DNA of 64,000 bases from Eledone cirrhosa (lineage: Eukaryota). The stretch is from assembly GCA_964016885.1 (NCBI GenBank), contig OZ024741.1, positions 240,126,001 to 240,190,000 on the forward strand, in the 5' to 3' direction. The notes below the pieces were generated by a model. The model had not been told where the DNA came from. It ran no database searches and saw only the letters and a program-made list of their open reading frames with translations. Below are positions 1-10,425 of the stretch, piece after piece. Positions within the stretch are counted from its first letter, which is position 1. The number at the start of each line of letters is the position of its first letter. The translations under genes and the position numbers were made by a program.

Positions 1-917
1 GAATATTTACTTAAGAAAATGTTTCCACTGGTTTCATTTAACTGAAAATAACTTTTTGTTAGATCTGATGTTTTGGGGCTAAAATGGAAAGTAATTTTAC
101 CATTTTCACCAGAATCAGAATCTGTTACAGATAAAACAATGATAGGTTTAGATTTGTGATGTGTACTTTGTATGGATATATTATATAGAGGTTTAGAAAA
201 TACTGGTGGGTTGTCATTCACATCTATTATAGAGATATTTATATTTAAAATACCTTGTTTAGATGGTGAACCTCCATCTTTAGCTATGACTTGTAGTAAA
301 TATGTATCTTTGATTTCTCTATCTAATGATTCTTTTAAAACTATTTTAAGTGAAGAAATACCATCTGCTCTTTTAGAGACAGACAGAGAGAATGGTTCTC
401 CATTCTTGGATTTTAATTTATATTGTATTAATGAGTTCTGAAAACCTACATCTTTGTCTATGGCATTTGGTAGCGATCTCTTTGAACCTTTGCGATCATC
501 TTCACCAAATTGTATGTTGACATTCTTTATAGGAAACTCTGGTTGATGGTCATTGATGTCTTCTATTACTATTTTGACTTTTAATATTTTTGTAAAAGTT
601 TCCACTTTCTTTATAATAATTTTCACAGTTCTAGAACATTCTTTGTTGAAAGAACAAAGTTTCTCTGCATCCAGTGTCTGAGCAGTGTACAGTTTACCTG
701 TTTTCGTGATATTAAATAACTGTGCCACCTTTCGTTTAAATTGACTGAATGTTATCAATTGTTGGTCAGATGGTTTAACATTGTCTAAAAGTTTAGAATC
801 AGCAGCAATGTCTGCTACATATGTTCCTGGACTTCTTTCTTCTTCCACATGGTAGGTAAGGTCTATGGTCAGAACACAGTGTACCATTGATAATACAATA
901 GACAATGACAGTAACAT
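1..917 (-). CDS. Pcdh: Protocadherin A, 5' part of large exon (signal peptide, EC1, EC2, part of EC3); runs off window edge
   Basis: ATG at 917 reads MLLSLSIVLSMVHCVLTIDLTY... like the paralogs; acceptor tttcag|att with exon start 980. Not in the ORF track because no stop lies in the window. Confidence 0.93.
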   Translation of the reverse strand, partial: MLLSLSIVLSMVHCVLTIDLTYHVEEERSPGTYVADIAADSKLLDNVKPSDQQLITFSQFKRKVAQLFNITKTGKLYTAQTLDAEKLCSFNKECSRTVKIIIKKVETFTKILKVKIVIEDINDHQPEFPIKNVNIQFGEDDRKGSKRSLPNAIDKDVGFQNSLIQYKLKSKNGEPFSLSVSKRADGISSLKIVLKESLDREIKDTYLLQVIAKDGGSPSKQGILNINISIIDVNDNPPVFSKPLYNISIQSTHHKSKPIIVLSVTDSDSGENGKITFHFSPKTSDLTKSYFQLNETSGNIFLSKY

Positions 918-2002
918 ATTGTTGTAGTTGTTGTTGTGTTGGTACTGGTTAAAGATGTCCAGATATGCTGAGGATTGAATCTGAAACAGATATACATTTC
1001 ATCAATTATCATATTTTGACAGATTATAAGCAATCTATAGCATAAGAGATTTAACTTCAATACAGCAATCTCACAAAACTTTCATCCTGTTATGTCTATA
1101 TAATTTTGAAGGCTTCATTAACTATTTTATTCACTATATTTCAATGTGTTTCATAAGTGAAAAAAAATGAATTAATACATTTAGACCCCAAACATGAATG
1201 ATGTTATTTGTGGTGGAGTCAACAGTTGATATGAGAGAAAATAGCCAATTTTCTGAGTTACAAGAATTAATAGATACATTAGGAAGAGGCAATTACAGAA
1301 ACATCAAATTATGGGATCAGATTATGAAGGTTACCCATTATATAATAGACAGATTTTATCTTTTGCAAGAGAAACAATTGGGCTGGCTTGTTTATTTGAT
1401 GCTGAAGGAAAGTTTTATGAATTTAGTACCAAGCATTTGAAGTAGATAGAAGCTGTGGAAAAGAGAGACCAAGAAAGACATGAGATGAAGTTCTGAAAAA
1501 TGATCCCAAGAAACAGAGCCTCATGAAGAAGATGACCCAGGATTGTGATGACTGGCAATTTGTTGTACTAAAATAGACCCATCCACTCAGACAAGAATTG
1601 CAAAGTTAAAAGTAAATGTAATGAAAGATTGGAGACTGCATGGAGTAGAAAGCACCTATAGTGGATGAGACAACTTCTCTCAGTGGAGAAACATACTCAG
1701 TCAATGTAAGGTAGAGAGTACCTTTTGGTCCTGCTGAGGACTTGGCAATCTTTCCAGTGTTGCTAACATGATAAAAGATGCCCAGTACATCCTGCAATAT
1801 AGTTGACATCGAATGGAGATAATATAAAGTGGGGAGAACTCTTCAATCTTGCTAAATACATGACAACCTCTCTCATGCTGGGAACACAATAAAATACACC
1901 CAGCACATGCTGTAAAAGTGCTAGAGCTCATGAAACAATACATTGCATCCGATACACTCTGTAAAGTGGTAGTGATGATGCCATGATAACATTCCCCCAT
2001 CA

Positions 2003-3032
2003 TCTATATATATAAAATTGAAGATGTCTGTCTGTGAGTGTGTGAGTTCGAATCCCTAAAACTCGAGAACCACCCAACCGACTGTTTTAAAACTTTACAC
2101 ATGTAATACTTGTTTCGGGGAGTGTTCTGAGCAAACTAAATTTCAAATTTTCTAGGCCCTAGGGACTGCATTAGACGATTTAGCGATCTCTCTCTATAAT
2201 TCTTAGTTTTTCTCTTTTTAGATAGATACATACATATAACGTCGCGCCCTTATAATTGTTTCTACTTTTAGCACAAGGCAAGCAATTATCCCAGTGCATT
2301 ACTGGCACTTTATTTTATCGACCCCGTAAGGATGAAAGGCAAAGTTAACCTCGGCGGGATTTGAACTCAGATCATAAAGGGAGGTAACTCTATGCTTCAA
2401 AGCATGGCGTCCGACCCTTACCGATACTGCCAATCCACCATGCCCTTATAATATCTGTCTGTATTACGTCACTTCCCTGAGAATGTCTGTCTGTGAATTT
2501 GAATTCCTAAAACTCGAGAAATACCCAACCGACTTTTTTCAAACTTTACATGTGTATTACTTATATTTCAGGGAGTGTTATGCACATACAAAATTCAACT
2601 TTTTTATCTCCTACATTAGGTGAAAAACTGCGTTTTAAAACATTTTTACGGGTTTTTTGTGGCGTTACGTCAGACCGATTTCCCGTCTCTTCTTCATACC
2701 GTAAGCAAAGAAAATCCAACTTTCTTATGGCCTAGGGCCTGCATTAGGTGAAAAACTTCATTTTTTCAGCTTCTTAGGGCATTTTGGAGGCGTTACATCT
2801 AGCTGATTTTCCCGAAATTTCAAGGCATATTATGCACATAAAAAAAATTCATTTTCTTGATCCCATTTTTCCTGCTTCATCGAGGAAAATCTTAAAGATT
2901 ATCCAGCCATCAGAGTATTCGGTTTATTTTCTTTACATATTGTCCAGGCATGCAGTTTTTCCACGATTAGGTCTGTTGGCGGCCCGTGTTCCAAAATACA
3001 TTATCCCGTGCAACGCCGGGTACCACTGCTAG
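2003..3032 (+). mobile_element. Non-autonomous Helitron-like element with nested SINE
   Basis: A|TCTATATATATAAAA 5' end; 3' GC-rich hairpin cccgtgcaacgccggg then CTAG|T; internal ~110-bp duplication (about 2026 and 2484). Confidence 0.75.
2255..2445 (-). mobile_element. tRNA-derived SINE, near full length
   Basis: Reverse complement of the 24433-24614 element; A-box and B-box like motifs; flanked by direct repeat gcccttataat (2246, 2442). Confidence 0.85.
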
Positions 3033-4087
3033 TAATCTATAAAGTGGTTGACATTAGGAAGGTCATCCAGCTGTAGAAACCACCCAACATATGGAATGTA
3101 AAAATAAAAAAATGGTTCTATGACCCACCTAGTCTCAAAATGTTTTGAAATGTCTCATCCAGTCAAGCATGGAAAATCAGCATAAAATAATGGTCATTAA
3201 TTCTAGATTCTGTAGTGTCAAGTGGACGAAAGACACATCTTCTATATTACAGAGTGATCTGATGTAGATAATTTTCCCCATAGGAAGAATTGAATGCAGC
3301 TCTGTTAGCCAACCAATATTTCACCTCTTTGATATTATTACCTATTGTAGTGAGTAGTGAGTTAGATCAATTAAACCTAGGCAGGCTTAGCTGATAAGTT
3401 ATACAGACCTCTTAGTTTGTTGTTTAGAACCTAATGAACATGATCATGTACTTTAACAGAAGTAATTAAGGAGAGGGGGTATAAATTCAAAGTAATTAAG
3501 CAACATGTTTCTTAATTAACAATTCATTGCTTCTAAAAGTTCTTTAAACTAACATTTTTACTTTCTAGTCAATCTTTAAAATAAGAAATAAAACTTTCAC
3601 AACATTTTTTATAAATTCCTCATCTTTATTACATCACTTTGTTGCTAATATGTAAATTTCTTCTTCCTAAGAACTACACTGCTCTAGAAATTACTCACTA
3701 GCTACGCCTGTTAGTATTTAACAAAGTTATAATTCTTCAAAGATAATATCAACTACATCAGATTCATAGAAATTCTCATTTATGAAAATCAACAAAGTTT
3801 TAAAAAATGAGTAGTGCATTCTTTTTTTAAAATAATATTAATATTTTTAAATATTATTTCTGAAAAGCTTTTTAACAGAGATAAAACTGATCTGCTTTAT
3901 TTCACATCTACAATTAATCTCTCACCCTTGTTTATTTCCTCATGCCATAGATCATTAAATTCCTCAGGTTTTAAAGATGTTTTAAGGAATATTCACCAAA
4001 GGAGTTACTTAAAAGAAAGTTTTATGTAAAAGGGAAAATTGTAAACACTTCTAGAAAGTTCTATCCAGAGGTAGACTTTATCAATCA

Positions 4088-5203
4088 CTAGCAGTAAAGC
4101 CCGGCGTTGCTCGGGGTCGCTCAGTAGCTGTGTTAAAGTTACAATGTTAAGTTTCTTTCTTGGCTTAAAAACTGTAGTGTCTACTGTGCAGACTTGCATG
4201 TGGTGTTTTTGATTAATATTCCCTCAACCAACAATATGCCTTATGAAGTTAAGAAAACATAACGATAACCCGAATGTTATAACAAAAGAGGAGGGCATCC
4301 AACTGTAGAAAACCCGCCAGACAGTCCTATGCGAGCAAGACAACCACTCTTGTCTCAAGTGGGAAAACCCCCGTCCAAACCCATGCAAGCGTGGAACACG
4401 GACGCTAAACCTGATGATGATGATGATGATGATGATGCTGGGGATAGAAACTGCACTGGTTATTTATTAACAAAGATCGAAAATGTAAACACTGCAACGC
4501 AGAGAAAAACATTAGCGTAACCAAATTATCAGTTATGTCTGTCTGCACGCCTATATCACCTCTCTGCACGACTGTCTGTCTGCACGCCTATATCACCTCT
4601 CTGCACGACTGTCTGTCTGCACGCCTATATCACCTCTCTGCACGACTGTCTGTCTGCACGCCTATATCACCTCTCTGCACGACTGTCTGTCTGCACGCCT
4701 ATATCACCTCTCTGCACGACTGTCTGTCTGCACGCGTATATCACCTCTCTGCACGACTGTCTGTCTGCACGCCTAACGACGAAATATTTGCTTGTTTTAC
4801 GTAGTCTTTAAATAGACTTGTTTTCAAGTAAAAATATTGTTTTAAAATGCTTTTAAATGGAAATGAAGCAAAACGGAAGCTTAGTGTTCGAACTGATGAA
4901 TTTTGCAGGTCAATATTTTGCTGGCTCGACAACTGTTAAAGCCAGCGTAATTTTTTACGTAAGACGCTCAATGTAAACAGAACAAAGGGAAATAACTGAT
5001 AACTTACGCTCAAAAATCGATACATTATATTCGATTTCGTCACATAGGGTGGGTCAATTTGAAATTTTTTTTTTTCCGATGTCTTCGCTAGGGCTCAATG
5101 TACAAGTATAGCAATTTCGGTGCAATTCCGTGAGAGATTCTAAGAGGAGATGTGTGCCAAAAATCGATAGACAGACAGACAACCACAGTTTTATATATAT
5201 AGA
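4088..5203 (-). mobile_element. Non-autonomous Helitron-like element
   Basis: Minus strand starts A|TCTATATATATAAAA at 5203 and ends cccgagcaacgccgggctttactgCTAG|T at 4088. Confidence 0.75.
4536..4775. repeat. 37-bp minisatellite, about 6.4 near-perfect copies, inside the Helitron-like element
   Basis: Unit gtctgtctgcacgcctatatcacctctctgcacgact, no spacers. Confidence 0.95.
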
Positions 5204-6492
5204 TTAGTTCAATAATGCCAAATACTTTGTAGTTCTATTGAAGTTTATTTTACTATCTAAACTTACAATTCTGAGATTTAGACATATCTATATGATATTC
5301 CACTGGTTGAACTAAACAATGCCAGTGACATTTGTTATAAGCAGTAAACTGTTTAAAGAAGCAAAAGAGAAAAAAATAACCTCTGTACAGAAACTAAGGA
5401 CCCATATTATAGAGCATGAGGAAACTACATATATTTATAAACTGTTATCAAGTCTATCTTTATGAACACTTATAACATCAGTGTTATTTACTAGGAGTAT
5501 AATGTATATAGGAACTCCTCAAATTATAAACCAAGGAAAGAACAAGTGAAAAGTGAATGTTTCAAAATATTACTAAGAATCAGAGACATATGTAATATTT
5601 AGCTTAAAGTGGTGGCTCAGAGAGGCCAGGATGTTTTGAAGAACAGAGATCATTAATAGCAGTTAATATAAATTTATCAAAAACATACATAGAGAATATA
5701 TAAAAAAAGAGTTAAAGAAATAGATTTCTAGTTCTGAATTTAACTTTTGTATATCATATACATTTAAAACTAATTTAATCATTCAGATAAAAATAATAGA
5801 AGTATGTAAAATATAGATAAATATAGTTTTAAATTTGTTAAAATTAAATTAAAGAAAAAATGTTTATAAAGAAATAAAGTAGGAAGTTGAAAAAAATTAT
5901 ATTTTACTATGATTATTACAAAGAAACGTTAGAAACAAATACACAGAATTTAAAATGTTTATAATTTAACATGAAATAGGGCTAGTTTTTATTTTAAGGT
6001 CTTCTATAACGTACCACATTGTTTCTATTCTCTTGCTGACAGCTGTAAATCGTAATATGTCCGCCATTATCCCTAACCAAAATCTGTAACACACAACTAT
6101 CTCATTGCTAACAATGTACATGCTTTAATCACATTTAAGCACATTGTAAAATATGTATATCTATTTTATACCAAATATCTTAACATACCCTTCATATATT
6201 CTCTATATACAGACACAACATTAAATAGACTGTTTTCTATTGTTACTGTTCTGTATACGTAACAAATATTATATAGATACAGATAATATAGTTTCAATGC
6301 AATAAAACCTAAATATTAAACATTTTCACCAACATCATCCGAGTGTGATATAAAACAATATGGACAATACTAATGTAAAATATGTGAATTATTATTTAAT
6401 ATCTTTGTTCTCAGGTTAATATTAAATATGTTAGAATATCTTACAGATTTACTAAGATTTAGTATATAAAATTAGATTAAATAGAAACTTAC

Positions 6493-6930
6493 CTCTTTAA
6501 TATTTATATCATTGGTTATGCAGTGAGAATAGAAAGATGTATTGTTATAGAAAGCTCCATTGTAAGTGCTGCTGTAATGGTGTGTGACAATGGCTGTATG
6601 TTGATGGAGTAGTGTAGCACGTCAGGCAGATAGTCTGCTGCTAGGATAGGGTTGTGTGTGTTATTGGAGTTCTATGCTTGTGACAGTACCTCTCTCTAAT
6701 ATTGTATATGTATTTATCCTTAAAGATGATGTTTGTTTACTATTATCAATAACTATTTACATATATATAGATATATATGTTTAAATAGCTACAATATTCT
6801 ATAGTTAAACATAACATAAATGTTTAGTTTAATAACATCAGTAATGTGAATATTTCTCTTTGTTAGTGATTTCTATCTATGTTTTAGTGAGAATCTGATT
6901 GGTCAAATGACCTAAACCGAAGACCAATGA
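6493..6930 (-). promoter_or_regulatory. Conserved promoter / non-coding exon 1 cassette of gene A
   Basis: Donor GAG|GTAAGT at 6493; ATTGG 6898 and CCAAT 6924; CACGTCA; repeated once per gene unit. TSS not determinable. Confidence 0.75.
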
Positions 6931-7395
6931 CAGATGTTCTCTTTAATATTGATTAATGTTAGTGAAGCAGACATCTCATATTTATAGGAAAAGAGATGCT
7001 GTGATGATTATGCCTTTCTCATATCAATATATATTAAGAAACAATCAATATTTTTTATGATATTGCTCCTAAAATATAAAAGAAATCTTACTCTATTTTC
7101 ACGCCACCCACTATAATTTAATACATACAACCTTTAAAGAACATGGAAAATTATATAAAATATCAAATATTATGCTACATAATAGAGAGTTATAATTTAT
7201 TTACTGTAACATATTTAAAACTATTTTTCAATTAAAGGAAACTTACCTAAATTTAAATATATCAATGATTCACTTTTTCAGATGGACTAGAGTTAAAAAC
7301 GAATGTGTATATTAGTATGTGTGTTTGATTTACGAGTATGGTACAGTCTATATATTCATATTGGAAAATTGAGCTATGCCACATCAATAACATAA

Positions 7396-7472
7396 TTACA
7401 CATGTTTCACTGGTGTTTCTTCACTGGAATCCTTTGATGTAGATGTATCATTATTTTTGTATATATTTTGAT
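7396..7472 (-). CDS. Pcdh: Protocadherin B last coding exon (DQNIYKNNDTSTSKDSSEETPVKHV*)
   Basis: tttcag acceptor, phase matches upstream exon, TAA at 7396-7398, conserved in 7 copies. Confidence 0.85.
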
Positions 7473-7700
7473 CTGAAATTTAAACATGAAACACATTTTA
7501 CATCATTATGGACCATTTTGTTATTTAGTAAACAATATGAAAAGAAATAAAAAAGATATAATTCTGAGTTTGTTATCAGACAGAAGAGAAACATTCCTAT
7601 TTAATGGGTGAATGGTTAATAAATATCTATAAACAGTTGTTAATAACTAAATAAATGTGAGATGATATCAAAATATAATATAAGTAAAGTAGATATTAAC

Positions 7701-7866
7701 CTGATATTCCTGGTAATTCTTCATAATGTTTCATATCACCTTCATTCAATACACGTCTACTACTTCTCTTAGATGACATTGTATCTGATGTATAGTTACA
7801 AACTATAGGAGGATTATCTTCCACAGCATCATCACTTGATGTCACTACAACAGGTTGACAGTATTT
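7701..7866 (-). CDS. Pcdh: Protocadherin B cytoplasmic exon 3 (166 nt, KYCQP...YEELPGIS)
   Basis: Pyrimidine tract plus caacag acceptor, CAG|GTTAAT donor, in frame. Confidence 0.88.
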
Positions 7867-8049
7867 CTGTTGACAAATAAACCAAGAGAAATGTGAGGAG
7901 ACATCAAACAATCCAAGTCACAATAAACATGTAGTTTACAATTAAATATTGGACTATATTATTGAAGATAAAACATCGTTAAAATAATCTTATTGTTTAT
8001 CTTTTACATATAAAGTAAAGATAGAAAATATTTTAATCTTTTCACTTAC

Positions 8050-10425
8050 TGGGGTAGGTTTTGGTAAAGTTCTTGACTGAACTGAAGCTTCATATTTATT
8101 CTGTAGCTGACCTTCTGAATAACATTCACTCTTTGATCTCTCAGAATATATATTTCTTTTTATCATCTCTTCTGTATTCCTTGACATAGCAACAGGATTG
8201 TTAGACTGATACAACAATTGTTTCATCTCTGTTCTACCTTGGTATGCTGTAGTCTTTGTTGTAGTAGCTGTGTTATCTCTGTGTTTAATACATTTCATTA
8301 TACACAGTGTTATAGAAACAACAATAGCCACTGATACTATTACTGCTGATGATACAATGATAATAACCCATGTCATATGGACTCTACCTGAAGATTGTAT
8401 AGGTACACTTTTCAACATTGGTGATGTCTCATTACTAACAGCCAATACCAAAGTCACACTAGTTGTTGATGACTGAACTGGACTACCACTGTCTTTTACA
8501 ACAAACTTTAGTTCATAACTTCCAGCATCATTTAGATAAACTTGTCTGGAGAAGGATAAAGCACCACTGTGTGAGTTCATAGTAAACAACTGTTTATTAT
8601 TTCCTTGTATGATTTCATATGTGAGGAAAGCATTGTTTCCACTGTCACCATCAGATGCTCTGAAAACTGTGATGTCACTTTTACTCTGGGGATGGTAGTG
8701 GACATTTAGGGTATAAGGGTCAACACTAGGAAAGGTGAAATATGGAATATTGTCATTTTGATCTAAAATCTCAACAACAACGTTGGCCGTGTCATTCAGA
8801 GATGGACTTCCATTATCTTTGACAAAAACTTCAAATTTATACACATCTTGTTTCTCTCTGTCTAATGACATGGTGGCTGAAATAAAGCCATAACTTGTGA
8901 TCAGAAATGGTAGATTTGATTTTTCTTTATGTATCAGAGAATATGTGAGTTGTCCAGCAGATCCAAGGTCAGGGTCAGTGGCATTGACAAAACCAATAGG
9001 GAAGTCTTTATCTTTGTTTTCATAGGTCAGGAATTGGAATGTATCTTTGGTAAACTGTGGTTGTACATCATTGATATCAGTCACTTGGATAGAGAGAGTT
9101 TTAACACTTTTAAGAGGTGGTAATCCTTTATCTTGACATGAAACAGGAATGTTATAGTGTCCTTGTGTTTCTCTGTCTACTGGTTTGTTTAGAACTATTT
9201 TATATTCTTTAGATCCCATTGACTGTAGTTTGAATGTATCATGTTTGATATCACAGCTGACCTCTCCATTTTGTCCAACATCATTGTCAGTGACCATCAC
9301 ATAAGCAATGAAACTCCCAGCTTTGATATCTTCAGAAATGGTAGCTGTGTTGTCATTGATAGCAGAAACATAATCTATATCAATAGATGGAGGGTTGTTG
9401 TGTTGGTTGATAACATTTACCAGAACTGTTGCTATAGAATTAAGAGGGGGGTTACCCCCATCTCTAGCTTCTATAAACAATTCATAGGTTTTCCTTTTTC
9501 CTAAACTTGAATATTTATTTAAGAAAATGTTTCCACTAGTTTCATTTAATTGGAAATTGCTCTTAGCAAGATCTGATGTCTTTGGACTGAAATGGAAAGT
9601 AATTTTACCATTTTCACCAGAATCAGAATCTGTTACAGATAAAACAATGATAGGTTTAGATTTGTGATGTGTACTTTGAATAGATATATTATATAGAGGT
9701 TTAGAAAATACTGGTGGGTTGTCATTCACATCTATTATAGAGATATTTATATTTAAAATACCTTGTTTTGATGGTGAACCTCCATCTTTAGCTATGACTT
9801 GTAGTATATATGTATCTTTGATTTCTCTGTCTAATGATTCTTTTAAAACTATTCTAAGAGAAGAAATACCATCAGCTCTTTTAGAGACAGACAGGGAGAA
9901 TGGTTCGCCATTCTCGGATTTTAATTTATATTGTATTAATGAGTTCTGAAAACCTACATCTTTGTCTATGGCATTAGGTATTGACCTTTTGGCACTTTTA
10001 CCAATATCCTCATCAAACTGTATATTAACATTCTTCAGAGGAAACTCAGGTATATGATCATTGATGTCTTCTATTACTATTTTAATTTTTAATATTTTAG
10101 TAACACTTCTTCCTTTGTTAACAACAACCTTCACAGTTCTAGAACATTCTTTGTTGAATGTACAGAGCTTCTCTGCATCCAGTGTCTGAGCAGTGTACAG
10201 TTTACCTGTTTTCGTGATATTAAATAACTGTGCCACCTTTCGTTTAAATTGACTGAATGTTATCAATTGTTGGTCAGATGGTTTAACATTGTCTAAAAGT
10301 TTAGAATCAGCAGCAATGTCTGCTACATATGTTCCTGGACTTCTCTCTTCTTCCACATGGTAGGTAAGGTCTATGGTCAGAACACAGTGGACCATTGATA
10401 ATACAATAGACAATGACAGTAACAT
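8050..10425 (-). CDS. Pcdh: Protocadherin B large exon (SP, 6 EC, TM, proximal tail; 792 codons)
   Basis: DxNDxxP, LDRE and AxDxG cadherin motifs, EC1 Cys-X5-Cys, hydrophobic TM; donor CCA|GTAAGT at 8050; 5'UTR acceptor at 10486. Confidence 0.97.

Noticed and set aside
4536-4775. Regular 37-bp repeats resembling a CRISPR array or an 89-aa repeat protein
   Set aside because: No unique spacers, eukaryotic context, unit not a multiple of 3; simple minisatellite.
6901-6913. GGTCA-aa-TGACC nuclear-receptor-like palindrome
   Set aside because: Full palindrome present only in the gene A copy; others keep one half-site.
7396-7410. C-terminal VKHV as a PDZ-binding motif
   Set aside because: Terminal Val fits, but Lys at position -2 matches no canonical class.
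7696-7911. Recurrent 71-aa ORFs (MFDVSSHF...) as separate small genes
   Set aside because: Non-ATG start within a polypyrimidine tract; they are exon 3 of the protocadherins.
7990-8049. ORF-track C-termini VSEKIKIFSIFTL... (and the longer 842-aa end of D)
   Set aside because: They begin at a canonical GTAAGT donor and vary in length. Treated as intron read-through; intron retention cannot be excluded without RNA data.
8270-9949. Recurrent plus-strand ORFs opposite the large exons
   Set aside because: Antisense shadows repeated because the sense exon is duplicated; no independent support.
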